From Trichosphaerium sp. ATCC 40318 (Eukaryota; Protista; Tubulinea): 64,000 bases of DNA. Shown in pieces: positions 1 through 12,900 of the stretch. The notes under the pieces were generated by a model. It ran no database searches and was not told where the DNA came from. It worked only from the letters and a program-made list of their open reading frames with translations. The DNA is taken from positions 1 through 64,000 of the forward strand of contig JALMLS010000064.1 of the NCBI GenBank assembly GCA_038496445.1. Direction: 5' to 3'. A program made the position numbers and the translations under genes. The stretch's first letter is position 1. Every line of letters begins with the position of its first letter.

Positions 1-1267
1 ACATTGTTAATTACATAGATGATAGTCGTACTTTTATTTTCTCTATCAGTTGATGCAGTTACTAAAAATGTGACATACCTCCCATTCAACTGTACTATTC
101 TTTTTATCGTACTTTTTTCTTCTTTTTACTAACACTTTTTTTCTTTTGTTTAGATACTTCTGATTCGATTCGTTCTGACTTTGCAATTGGTAATGACCAT
201 TGTATTGTATCATCTTTTGTACAAGATGCAAGTGACCAAATTATTAAACTCTCAGCAATCAAAAACGGGATAGCTGTACTTAACAAATATTTCATTCTAT
301 TCAAGCAACTAAAACCATTTTTCTTTAGTACCTTTACGAGCATACTCTTGTCAACATTACAAGTGGTAGTACTAACTTCATTTCTATGGCATACGATGAA
401 ATCTCAGAGCTATTTGCTGTTGTTTATACAGTACAAACAGACACTGAAAAACGAGTGAAAACAATTATGTTTGAACTAGCTTGTGAAGAGAATCCAACCG
501 TGAATGTCATTGGCATAGTTGATTATAATACAACAACAGCAGATCCTGCTATCATATCCACACCATCTTCAACAAATTCTTTTCTCGTGTCATGGCAATT
601 AAATCAGAGTTTTTATGCAGCTTCATTGTCCGATTCGAATCAAGTCACCTCAAGTGTTCTTCCTGCGCTTCCTTTTGTTAATCACTTTTCCCTTCAAATG
701 ACATGGATAGATTTATCAAACGCAACTATTGGAGGTTGTGGTTCAGCTGGAGTACGTAACAATAGCACCTAGCCTAAAAATCTCAGATTGTTGAAACGCT
801 GTTTCTTTGCTTATTGTTTATTTATTCCCTTTGTAGATTGTAGTGAAAAGTGACAGGTCCCTTCCTATGAATTGCAACTCTACTCTTTTATTTTTAAACG
901 CTAATCCAGATTTCAACTTTATTGAATGTCCTGCTACAGCTCCACCAACGACAAGCCCGCCGACAACTGCCATGCCAACCATGACAACAGTACCAACAAC
1001 TAGTGCTCCAGCAAACCCTACTACAAGCATGCCAACCGCAACTCCAACAACTAGCTCGCCAACTACTGCTACGCCAACTGTGCCAACAGTACCAACAACT
1101 AGTGCTCCGACTACTGTTGCGCCACCAACGGCACCTGTTGCAACCTAGCGCCAACTGAGACACCCACAAGTACTACTACTGACAGTCCAACTGTACGCTC
1201 AGGAACTACTCAAACACTATGGAACTTTGCAGTGTTTGTGTGCTCTTTTGTAATCTTTGCTGTATAA
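1..1267 (+). CDS. 5'-truncated cell-surface glycoprotein with Pro/Thr-rich stalk and hydrophobic (GPI-signal-like) C-terminus; apparent -1 frameshift at ~1145
   Basis: Spliced exons ~329-751 and ~837-1148 (GGA|GTACGT...TTGTAG|ATT). PTT-rich stalk. The frame shifted at ACC(C)TAGCG continues LAPTETPTS...RSGTTQTLWNFAVFVCSFVIFAV-TAA(1267). Confidence 0.65.
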
Positions 1268-1665
1268 CTACAAGCTTGGAAATAAAAGGTCTCAAAACGT
1301 ATAATGCGCATCTTTTAAAAAACCAAAAAAACTCAGTTTTACAAAAAAGAGCTACCGTTAAATATTAGCATAGAAAGGTTCTTTTTGTATATGGCAGCAA
1401 ATTCGCTTGGTCCAGACCGACTAACATAGTGCCAAAATCACAAGTATCCTGAAACTTGTCTTATTCCGGAAATATTCGTATTTTGTTACGTATTGGTCTT
1501 TGTACCCACGTTTTGCTACTTTCCAAAATACCTCAAAGTCGTTTACACGTGTTATACACATAGAAGCAATTTAGAGTCTTATTAAGTGACCATGAGAATA
1601 ACACTGACAAAAACGTTCGCCTTTTTTGTGTAGCTGAAAAAAAAGTCACAGCCCATTCAATAGCC

Positions 1666-2664
1666 ATGCAACAAGTACTAATCGCGCTACTACTGCTTTC
1701 ATGTGCTATACTAGCTAAAAGCGAGTTTATTGAAGCGTTACCAAGGTACTTATTAATTTCATGTCGTTGCTGACGTGTGAGACAAAAGGTTAACGTGGTC
1801 AAACCACTCTGCGCTTGATCCTACAGCATGGCCATGTTCTATTGATAAAGTAGATAATATTGGAATACAGACATTCCTAACAACCTACAAAGAAAAGCTA
1901 CCGGTGATAATAACCGGCTCATCGAATAATTCGCAGTTTGTACAGTCATGTCAAAGAAATAACCTTATTGAGCGCTATGGTGACGCTACAGTAAGACTAT
2001 CAACAGCGAATAGCTATTCGTACGAAAAAAGAGACGAAAAGCTACGTACATACGTAGAAGAGATGATGTTCCCTCAAAACGTACCAAATGAGTTACAAAT
2101 ACGCTGTTATTAATCAAACAACGTTTAGCTGGACACTCCAGGAGATAAAACGTACTACCACTTTGGTGACAACAACCACAAAGAGTTTGAAGACTTGTTC
2201 AATGAATACGTCCTACCCAAGTATCTTGATAAGGATAAACCCTATGCTATTAGTTTCGGCTTAGCAGGAGATGGTTCTGGCGTACCATTTCATTTTCATG
2301 GTGCAGTATGGGCCGGTAAGTCGTCATTGACATTTTTTTTTTCAAATTGTTTTTTTACTTCGTTAACGGTTTCACTTTTAGAGGTAGTTCATGGATACAA
2401 GCTTTGGTTGCTTTATCCACCTTCGCCTAAACCTGTTTTTGAACCTAATGAAACAACACTCAAGTGGATACAAACACGTTATAGGCACATGTCAGGTGCT
2501 GAAAAACCGATAGGTAGAGCTCGTAAATATTTTTAGTTCGTGTCATTCTAAACAAGATTGTAGTTTGTGTGTTGCCACCTGGAGAGTTATTGTACATACC
2601 CAATGGTTGGTATCATGCTACACTAAACATGGGAGAGTCTGTCTTCATCTCAGTATTTGTTTAA
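1666..2664 (+). CDS. JMJD8: JmjC-domain protein JMJD8 (signal peptide + JmjC), 5 exons
   Basis: Signal peptide MQQVLIALLLLSCAILA. Motifs VRLSTANSYSY, HFGDNN, SFGLAGDGSGVPFHFHG, WLLYPP and GELLYIPNGWYHATLN..SVFISVF match JMJD8 as I recall it. Confidence 0.92.
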
Positions 2665-3062
2665 CCTCAAGAACAGCAAAACAAAAGAAAACAGAGTTTT
2701 CTTTACCTTGGCCACACAACACGAGTAATAGAAATTAGCATGGATTGAAACCTGTCACAAACATAGCAAGTACAGAAAGAATCCACAAACCCGCAAAAAC
2801 GAATAAATCACACCCAGCAGCTAGAAAGCGAAATAAAAAAAAAAAGACACTCAAAAAAATATCCAAAAAGTTGTTTGCACGTGATGTGCTGTATGTAGAT
2901 AATGGTATTCCATTCTGTTAACTAAAACCGTAAATGAGCACATGAGTACTAAAGTGGTGACTGTAAAACTCGAGTATAAAGAGGTTTCCTTAACGATCTT
3001 CAAATTCTCGCTTAGCTGTAAATTGAGTTGCTCAACGCTCGTCGCAATGGATGGCTAAATAA

Positions 3063-5038
3063 ATGAGTAAACGAAAGACTACAGGCACTGGTTAGTATAG
3101 CACGATTTTGTGTTTTTAACAGCAGATTAATTTTAAACAATACTCTAGGCACTGCCAGACCGCCTAAGAAGCGAAAAACGAATGCAAAATTTGATCCAAT
3201 TGTTCTGTATGATATGTTAAGCGATCGGAACGAGCAGCTCGCTCAATGGACCTCAGACGATAGTTTTCGTTTAGAATACAGCAAAAAAGGTACATTAATT
3301 AAATTATAACAACGACACGCGCTTTCCTTACGTAAATATCCTCTAAAGCTAACGTTAGTAGTTCCTGGGTCAGCTCCTCTCTCACAATTGATTGGTGGTG
3401 CTAAAAATCTTTCGTACTACGGATTCAGTAAGATAGAAGGACGAGACGACTGGTAACGCCTTTATTTGCTTTACAGAGTCTTTGTTTTTAACAATTGTAA
3501 CATAAATTATTTCTAAGTTTGTTAAAAGGTTTCATCTGCTCGTAGAGAAGGACACAGGAAAGCGTGTATTCCGTCAGCATAACAGAGATGATATAGGTGC
3601 AAAGGTAAACGACATTTTGGAGTTTTCTTTGAAATTTAAAAAATTTTACGCCTAACACTTTTTAAACAAGATACAACGTGCAGCTATGAAACACTATGAA
3701 CCTGCTGGGTACGTTTACAATAAATACATTAAGATAAAATGCAATGACTTGTCAAAATACAAAAGTTTTCTTCTAATTTTTTTTTTGATGATGTTCACGT
3801 TTGTTACAATGTATTATTTCTTACTCGATTTTTAGCACTATAATTGAAGAAAAATATAGCGCTTATGATCCGTTACAGTATTTATCTATAACACATTCAA
3901 GTAATCTTGTCGCTGGGATGCATGTTAACGCAAACGATGGCGATGTTTTAACGCTTCGGATGAAAATAAATAACCTTGAAGGAGAACTTAATACAGTAAA
4001 GGCTAAGCTTGCCAAGAAGGAGAGTGAGGTTGATATTTGGAAAGATCAGTGTTATGCGCTACTTCGCAAAAATAATGACACAAACGGCACACAACAAGTG
4101 AGTATACAATCATGATTTGGTTCACAAAAAAATTTTCCTTTTTGTAATTTTTTTTTTTAGAACGGACTTGCAAATACTGGCGAGTCAATTGCATTACCTG
4201 ACGCGAAAGTATCCCTAGCCCCTGAAGATAATATATATGAATGCCCTATTTGTTGTGACATGACACATCTTAACGAACTTCGCGGATTTGGTTGTGGCCA
4301 TCATTGTACGTTTAAGAAAAATCAAAAAAAAAATTTGAAAACCCTCTCCACGTTTCGAAGAAAAGTAAGGCTCGCTGTTCAGGGCCTGGAGTCTTTTTGA
4401 ATTTTTTCAAATTATGCTTACACGTGCTTTTTAATAAATAGGTTGCCGATCGTGCTTGAAGACTTACATTTCAAAACAAATCGCAAATCGAGCTATTCCT
4501 ATTAGATGCCCTTTCCCTTGTGACCACGAAATTCAACAAGGTGAAATCACATGCCATATTGATCCACAACAATATAAACAATATATGGCCGCTGTACACG
4601 ACTCATTGGTTATGCGTAGCGATGACCTAGTGTACGTACAAACAAATCAAAAATTATTACCAAAGTTAGCTTACCATTTTACTAAACAGGTACTGTCCTA
4701 CTCCTGATTGCGACCAAGTTGTTCAATGGGATAAAGATCGCAACCCACGACTTCAATGCCAAAAATGTTGCAACACATGGTGCCTCCTATGCAAAGTACC
4801 TTGGCATGATGGTCTCACATGTCAAGAGTATCAAGCCTTCTCGTTTCCTCCACCATTAGATCCAGAACCACTTGATCTTAATATCGGCGATGGTGGGTTT
4901 GTTACTTGTGCTTGTGGTACTTGGTTGGAGTATACATCTGGCTGTTATGTTGTCACTTGTATTTGTGGTAGAAGAGTTTGTGGCAAGTGTGGTAAGGTTG
5001 TCGAGCCTGGAAACACTTGCTCTCATACCACGTGGTGA
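3063..5038 (+). CDS. HSF-type DNA-binding domain + coiled coil + RBR (RING1-IBR-RING2) E3 ubiquitin ligase
   Basis: Spliced ORF with all junctions GT-AG and in phase: PPKKRK NLS; LYDMLSD..QLAQWTSDDSF...NLSYYGFSKI....WFH...FRQHN...IQR; heptads LRMKINNLEGELNTVKAKL; CPICC..CGHHCCRSC..CPFPC; YCPTPDC..CQKC..WCLLCKVPWHDGLTC; CACG..SGCYVVTCICG..CGKC. Confidence 0.8.
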
Positions 5039-5242
5039 TTTTCTCGAAAAAAACGGGAATGGATGATGTAAGAGTAATATTCGGATATTTGTAAATTTTT
5101 TTTAAATAACTTGTAAAAAGAGAAATAGAAACCAATTGGTTTAAAATTATGACGTGTTTCTGTAAATGCGAAAAAATCGAAAAGTGCGCTTAATGAATTT
5201 TTTGGTTAAGTTTTTTGCTTTTTTTTGTTTTATTTGTGTACT

Positions 5243-6969
5243 ATGTCTGTGGAAGTGCAGCATAAGATAGTAGTTATTGGAGCAGGTGTAGTAGGTCTTT
5301 CGACAGCAGTTGTTTTGTCGGAATGTTCAAAACTCGACAACAGCACAATACAGATTATTGATAAGGTATTACCACCAGGAAACCAAGCTTCTGCTTTATC
5401 TTCAGGATTGGTAAGCTAATTGTTTATTTAAACACGCATTCCAACCATATACAGGTATACTACCCAGCGCTATTGAGCGAAAAACACGGGCGAAGCACAA
5501 TTGAACGGTTTAAGCAATTATCCACCAACAGCGAAGAAACAGGTACAAGCACATTAAACTAACGACATTATGTGTTCGAATGGTAACCATTTTTAGGCGT
5601 TGTAATTACACCATCCGTCATTTTGCGCCGAACAGACGAAGGAGGCGTTATAACAAAGCCAGCTGACTTTACTGCTGAAACATTAACCAAACTCCAAGAA
5701 CTCGATCCAAGCTTTCGAAAAGCAACTACAGAGGAGCTCAAAGGTGCGTCACATCAAGGTAAACATTCTAAGGGCATAACAAGTTCCATAGGAGCACCTA
5801 ATGGCATGTTTGGACCTCAGCCCGTAATTGCAATGCCAACGTACTTGCAGTATTTAAAAAACAAATTGGATAGTCACAAACGCGTCAGCTTTGAGCAAGC
5901 CAACATATCAAGCCTACGAGAAGTGTTTCAAAAAACAAATGCGTCAGTTATTATAAATGCGGCTGGAATTGGTGCTGGAACACTTACAGGAGAATCTGTA
6001 ACTTCATTAAGTACGTTTGAAGCAAAAAGGGATGATTCTCGGATGTTAATCCCTTTTTAATGATTTTCGGGGTTTTTGTTCTTGTTAGCGATGACGTGTA
6101 GTTATACTGGCGAACCGTAAAGCGGTTTTTTGACAAAAACGGCATTAATTTCCCACAATTGATTTCGCTGATTTACCTCTATTCGCGTTTAACTATTCGC
6201 TTAGGTAGCCATATGATGCTTTTAAAGCATACTGGTAAAACACTCGCACGAGATAATTATGTATCGTACTACGACGAAACTAACCCTTCTGGTAACACCT
6301 ACTACTTTCCACGTCAAGATGGGTGCATTTTAGGCAAGTTAATACTAAATTTATTGAAATCGTGATTTATACTGTCGATTCCGAAGGAATAGTCCAATAC
6401 ACAATTTTATAACGTATTTACGGAGCTTTTTTTCTGTTTTGTTCCAAAAAAAAACCGATCGGTTGAAAAGTTTTTTTGCGATTGTGCCTTTGTTTAACGT
6501 CTTTTAAATAGGCGGTACAGACACTACAGCTATTGGTAATAATGTTGATGATACAGTTATAACTAATATACTCGCTCGTGTTGATTTAATGTTACCAGAG
6601 TTGAGCTTAAAAGACGCACAGATAGAACGTACTTGGGTACACATTCGATACCCAACTTCTAACTTTTTTTTTTTCCTTTCTTATTTTCTTGTAATTAATC
6701 TGTTTAAAGGTTGGTTCACGCCCTATACGTGCTAGTGGTGTTAGATTAGAAGTAGAAGAAACAAATGAAGGACCTGTAGTACACAACTATGGCCACGGTA
6801 CTGATATTTTTCTAAAATACAAAAACCTGTTTTTTTGGGTTTTTTTTTTTTCAAACAAAAAAATTATCATCCCTCAATAAAGTAAACTAGCAGGCTTGGG
6901 CATAACAACATCTTGGACTCTGCAGAAACAGCTGTAGAGCTTGTTATAAAACGATTGAACTATTTTTAA
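5243..6969 (+). CDS. DAO: D-amino acid oxidase family FAD oxidoreductase; apparent -1 frameshift at ~6916
   Basis: VVIGAGVVGLSTA, INAAGIGA, YYFPRQDGCILGGT, WVGSRPIR..GVRLE, VVHNYGHAGLGITTSW. The expected SAETAVELV follows in the shifted frame. Confidence 0.85.
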
Positions 6970-6981
6970 CATTTTTGTCAG

Positions 6982-7620
6982 GTACGAGCCTACAACATGG
7001 GCTAAAGCCTTTATTGCTCTTGAGTTCCGCGAGGATATGACGAACAATATCAGTGAGTCCAACAATCGAGATCTGAAGCGTTGCTTAAAGGCAACACAGA
7101 CACAGAAATCTCGTTTGGACATTCTTGCCAATCAATTGGAATGTTTGTTGAAGAAAAAAAAAATAGTTGTATTTTCATGGCATGTGTTTAAAAACAGTTT
7201 TAAATGTGATCTCGTTCTTGTTACAGTATAGTAATTTTGTAAAACACACATTCTCCGTAGCCTGGGATAAATACCCCTTAGTCAAACAGTTGTGAGCAAA
7301 TTTTTTTTCTTTTGACTTACAAAAAGATTATCGGTAATCAGTCTTCCAATCGATAATCCGGGTCGAATACGTGGGATCATGGCTTTATTTTTTGGAAAGG
7401 ACAATCTATATAGTGTACGTAGAGACGGTTGTGATGCCTTTCGAAGTGAACTACAAAACAGGGTATGCACTTCCAATTTAGGTTAAAATACATTTATGTA
7501 CAGAAAAGTAAGTGTAAATTTCTTAGTCAAAATGCGAGTTACAAACGCCTACAACTTGCTAGACGGTTGATTGTATCCATTGAAGAAGCTCAAAAAGTTA
7601 GAAATAAGAAAGATGACTGA
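6982..7620 (+). CDS. possible coding exons of unknown function (extension of DAO or separate gene/relic)
   Basis: Open exon-like segments flanked by TCAG acceptor and GT donors (YEPTTWAKAFIALEFREDMTNN...). I could not build a consistent gene model. Confidence 0.3.
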
Positions 7621-7773
7621 CAGAGAAAGAAATTCTCACGAAGTATCTCAGTACTACTCAAAAAAATATCGGAAACTAGCGCAATTTTCTTACTAAAAAG
7701 AACAAATTATAATAACGATTCTACATTAAGTCACCCTCCGGAAAAAGCCAAAGAACTTTCACCAAAACAACCA

Positions 7774-8283
7774 ATGCAACGCTTTATCATCCTTGCCGCT
7801 GTTCTATCTGTAGCCATTGCGCTCACCGCTACCAGTTGCGACTTTAAATGCGCTCGCAAGCACGTAACATGCCAGAAAGCCGATATCGCTCCAGGAGTAT
7901 GCTCTAACCAACAAGAACACTGTGTAAAGCAGTGCAACAATGGTCTTCCATCTACAAACGATAAACTCAACATGCTCATTAAATCCCAAGACGACCCAGA
8001 CAAAGACTTGCTTTGCGTAATACCTTGTGTATTCGAAGGTTTAATTTGTGAGCAAGCATTCAGCAGCAACAGTTCAATCTGCCGGAGAGCTTGGGGTGCA
8101 TGTATTAAGTTCATGGGATGCGGAAGCGCTGTCCCAACAGTAGCACCTGTAGAACGCATTGCTGAAGGCAACCCAAAATGCAAGCATGCTTGCCTTTTGC
8201 TAAAAGAGAAATGTATCAACCTTGGCTACAAACCAGAAGTCTGTAACGCAGTAAAACAAACCTGTGATGAACAGTGTCTTTAA
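7774..8283 (+). CDS. secreted Cys-rich protein with three C-x3-C-x6-C-x9/10-C-x6-C-x3/5-C modules
   Basis: Intronless 169-aa ORF with signal peptide MQRFIILAAVLSVAIA, 18 Cys in three modules, and AATAAA just after the stop. Confidence 0.85.
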   Translation: MQRFIILAAVLSVAIALTATSCDFKCARKHVTCQKADIAPGVCSNQQEHCVKQCNNGLPSTNDKLNMLIKSQDDPDKDLLCVIPCVFEGLICEQAFSSNSSICRRAWGACIKFMGCGSAVPTVAPVERIAEGNPKCKHACLLLKEKCINLGYKPEVCNAVKQTCDEQCL

Positions 8284-8639
8284 ATAAATCACTGTCATAC
8301 CCTCATAAAGCATTTTGTTGCATTCTGTTGCGCACGTGCCGGTTCGGCACTGATGAAACCTTGAGAAAATTGTAGTAAAAGACAAGTTATTTGATTGTAT
8401 TTGTTTCTTGGTTTTTTAGCCGTTAACTGCTCACAACTTACGCGATTTGCGACTACAGTCCTTGATGCCCACTTATATATATTCGTCCCTTATTGTATGT
8501 TGCACTTCACGGAAATATACCAGCAACGTTAAAAGAATATCTGGTTTTTTTTTCTATGAAAAAATAGTGTGTAACACGTTTTAGCATTGCTTTTTCTTTA
8601 TGGTTAAGCTTGTTTCATAAATAAGATAAACATACAGCA

Positions 8640-9346
8640 ATGACAGATCATCAAGAATTAGCTAGGGCGTTTGGTATGACAATAGATTGGGTAGACGGCG
8701 GTTTATTTCCTGATTACCAAGATAGAGACGGTACGTACCACCTTACTCGTTTGATGTGCATGTAATTACAAAATAAGGCTAACCATGTTTTTTACAGGCG
8801 ATATTGTGACGAGGGATAAATTAGAACATGCTTCACAAGTTGTTTTGAGCATTTTAAGCAACGAAGATCAAATAATGGCAGCTTTTGTCGCTGTGGCAAA
8901 TGAAAGGCCTAGAAAGAAGAGGAGGAGGAATAATAGAAGGAAAAGAGATAGAGATAGACACACTCAACCAGTACGTATCATAATCACGTGAAGAGAAAGC
9001 AATCTTTTACTGACATCTTTGAAAAACATTCATTGAAAATACTTACCTTTTTTTTTAGATTACAGTCACTGTAGACTTTGCACGTGCGAGGAAAAAAGTA
9101 TCACGTGTCAGATTACAACGTGTTAGACGTGGTCGCACAAATTATAATGGTGACCGTATCGAGGTGTTCGGAGAGAGTGACGAAAGAACGATTTGGATCA
9201 GAGAAATAGAGATGAATGACGAGGACCTTGTAGGCACATTACTGCATGAGGCTATACATTTCATTGGAAGATTTAATGGTAGAGAAATGAGTGAAAGAAG
9301 AGAACATCGCGTTATGCAATTACTCGGGGAAGACTGTGAGCTCTAA
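8640..9346 (+). CDS. small basic zincin-like metallopeptidase (HExxH), 3 exons
   Basis: Spliced ORF MTDHQELARAF...; basic tract RPRKKRRRNNRRKRDRDR; IWIREIEM..EDLVGTLLHEAIHF...REHRVM. Confidence 0.75.
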
Positions 9347-9936
9347 TACAGACAAGAAAACAAAACAAGCGAAGATATCCAATTGTGAATAAAACCAACA
9401 CCTTATTTATTAAAAAGTGACGATTAGTTTTGTCTATTTTTTTTTATAGTTTGCACGCTTTTCACCTTGATATCAAGGTTCTGTGTTAAGTCTTCTTTCT
9501 AAGATATTTTTTGGTCCTAGTTGGGTATTGTGGATACTATACTGGATTGACATAATCGTAGCAATTAACTTCATTCAAAAAAAAGTCACATTAGCACTGT
9601 CTATCTATCTCTTAACTTGAAGTGTCACATGACTATTCCTTAAACAAACAAAGACCTTAGAACATTATTTGTTTGGCTTGAAGGTTTAAACACTTCTATG
9701 GAAGCAGTTACAACTTTGACAAGTGTCAGAAAGTTGAGCTTTTTTTTCCAGCTTGGAAGTTCACCAACCTTTAAAACTCTTTATCTAATCACAAACTAGA
9801 ACACTGCATATTGAAAATAGGGGTTTGAAGCAGCAGTCAACAATAAAAAAAAGCTACAAGAGAAAACAAACAACACAAATCAAAAGGGAACTCTTAACTT
9901 AATTCTTCTTTTCTTTTTTTTTTTGTATTATTTATG

Positions 9937-12900
9937 CTACAATATAAACTTTATTTTACCTCTACCTATGGTACCCTTCCCCAAAAAGTTCTTTGAGGCA
10001 CGTCTGTCACCTGAAGGCTTTTTATAAGAATCCCATGCAGAATTAGTTCGTTTATGTCTTTTTTGCTTTTGTGTCTGAGGTGATGGTTCAGGTGCAAGTT
10101 CAGCTTCTGAAACTGACTCTTCTTCGTCCTCAATATAATCCTCGTTTTTACGAACTTTTACAATATATACAGGCAATATAAGAGAGTCTACAGAAACAGT
10201 AAGTCGCATGTCAAGTGTAGCTTCAAGAAGAAAAAAACGCGACAAAAAAATGTATCCCATTTGGGCTTCGTATTTTGTTCTTTAGTCTCGTGGTCACCAC
10301 GAAGAGCTTTTGTACTGTTTTTGAAATTTTGAAAAACATGACAAGAGCAAAACAACTCTCATCACATGGATGGAGAGTGAAAGGCGGTTAAGTCAACGTA
10401 CAATCGAACATCACAATTTCGTTTGGAAGTGATTGTTTTGCCCATTTTGCTGGAAGTCCTTCTTCGTTTACTACAGCATAATGTGATTGGTATCCAGCCT
10501 TTACATCAGCGCCAACCAGAGATTGTTTACCCTGTGGATCTTCTACAGCAGGATATACATTACCTGGAGCAGCATACTAAAAAAAAACCTGTGTTAGTTT
10601 GTCGCTTCATTTCTCAAACTAGCCGTCTTTTATAAAGCTTATAAGCTTTGTTTAGATAACGTAGTATGTGGGAAGTACGCATAACTAATTTCTTGGTATT
10701 TTTGTGTAGCTGGTTTGGAAAGAGCAAAAAAAAAGAAAAATCTAATTTTTTTTGGTTGATAGGTGACTTGACAGTCACTTTTGTCAACATGTAGGTTGAC
10801 AAAGTGAAATAAAGTTACTTACACATATAACCATAGTATTGCAGTCACCTTCTGGAATATTTCTCTGGGCATAATTGGCAGAGGTAGTCAAGTAAACGCC
10901 TTCTCCATATGAACCTAAATAAAAAATTTCAGTATTTTGTATTGATCATCTGGTACCACCGGAAGAATCAGGTATATCAAATCCCGATTGAGCTATCTCT
11001 ATAGCCATATCATAAGAGCAACAATGAACAGCAGGAAATATAGGTATATCGTATTGACCAATATATTTGTTCCAATCCGTATTTTTTACAAGATTATCAT
11101 AATTCTCCATTACTTGTTTACGACGTTCAATTATATCTGTTGGTTCTTGTTCATTTGTTTTCCAAGTATCTAATTTAAAGAATTTTGGGAAACATCTATG
11201 ACTTGTTGCCAAGTTTTGTTTCTGGAATTGAAAAAAAAGTAAGTAAACACGTGTTTTTTTTAAAAGTTTGGTTAGGGTGTTGTACCGCTTGTTCAAACTC
11301 TTTTAGTAAGTGTTCGTTATAAATTGCCTCAGCCGATACTATTTCTAAACCTCTACCGCCCATGTTCTTTAGGAGACCATTTAACCTCTTGAGTTCGTAA
11401 GGTTGTTGAACCTTTATGTCCAAGTCAGGTTTTTTTGGTTCACGATGAGTAGTATGTTTTTATTTGTACCTCTTCGTCTCTTTTCACGTGACAAGTTTTA
11501 TACTCATTAGTAGAATGACCAACAACCCTCCATAGTCCATATGTGAGGAAGTTATCTGAGAATTTCCTAAATGACGTATTTGATTAGGAACTTAACTAGT
11601 TTTAGTTCGGTTTTCGTTCTCGCACCATGGGAACAGTGAACTTCCTAGAGACCACCATGGAGAACCCTTTTTAGGCTCACACTTTGCTTGTAGGGTCGTA
11701 ACATATCTGGCATAATCTAAAAGAAAGAATAAGCTTTCAAAACGAGATAATGTTGATGCTTTTTAAACAGTACGTACTTGCTTTGAGCTTGGTTGTCTTT
11801 TCAAGTATTTTTTTATGTTCGTGTTCAGGAACAAGCATTCTCTCCAAGTCCTCTTTGCGTAGATCAAGAAATTGCAAACCACTAATACCATTAGACAAGC
11901 CAACATCAAAAAAAAAGCTCAAGCACGTGCTGCGCATGCATTGTTTTTCGGAAAAACTGGAAAAACTTTATTTCCAAAAATCTGTGAATAAATGTTTTTT
12001 CATCGTACGTAATATTGTTGCTTTGAAAAATCTTTGCAGCATTAGGAGATATTGGTGAAACAACGCTAAAAACATCTTTAACACGCATAAAAGGAGGAGC
12101 AAGCTTCTTCCTCTTAATCTTCTTAACAGCAACTTCAACTTCAAGCTCAATACCTCTGAACGTCTTAAGAACGCCCTTACCAACATCACGTTCCCATGAA
12201 GCATATACAGTACCCAATTTAGGTAAGTAAAGAGCACCAAAACCGTGTTGAAGGTTTGAAGCCCATTGACCTGAATACTTGATGCCATCGGAGTATTCAA
12301 AGAATCCTTGACCATGTTTGAGATCTTTAACCCATTCTCCAACATATCTAGCACCGACTAGAAGCGTCATTGTACCATATCCATGCTTTTTATCTTGTTT
12401 CCATTTACCAACATATGTACAACCATTTGCTACTTTCAGTGTACCCTCTCCTTCACGCTTACCCATGACATAATCTCCTTTATACTCAGCGCCGTCAGGC
12501 CAAGTGAAGAGACCTTTACCATTGTACTTTCCTTGATTCCATTGTCCAGTATACACAGACCCATCGGCGAAACAGAATGTTCCCAAGCCGTGCCTTTTAT
12601 CATGTTGGTACTGACCAACATACGAAGCACCTCTACTTCCAGTATAAGATCCTTCTCCATGTCGTTTACCATCAAGCCATTCTCCCAAGTAGGTTCCTCT
12701 TTGAGCGTACGCCGCTGTACCTACGCCATTAGGTTTACCATTCTTTATCTGACCTTTGTATACCCACCACCGGTACTTGATCGTTCCGCCTCTGTTTTAA
12801 AAAATCACGTGTAAGTTCACGTGATTAAATAGGAAAAATGTACTTACGTTGCGCCTTGGAATTTCCAAACTCGTTTTGATTTTCGAAGTCTTTCTTTTTG

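Noticed and set aside
1140-1150. -1 frameshift before the GPI-like tail, considered as programmed frameshifting or insertional RNA editing
   Set aside because: It is fixed by adding one C to a CC run, which is typical of a homopolymer under-call or a private mutation. No slippery heptamer is present. Raw reads are needed.
6911-6981. DAO C-terminal frameshift (TGG-ACT versus SWxSAETAVELV) as recoding, or fusion to downstream exons
   Set aside because: One missing G in a GG run explains it. An alternative GTAGAG donor could join the downstream exons, but this cannot be decided without cDNA.
8336-8350. GTGCCG-GTT-CGGCAC hairpin as a tRNA T-arm or terminator
   Set aside because: No cloverleaf or A box; an isolated 6-bp stem downstream of a gene.
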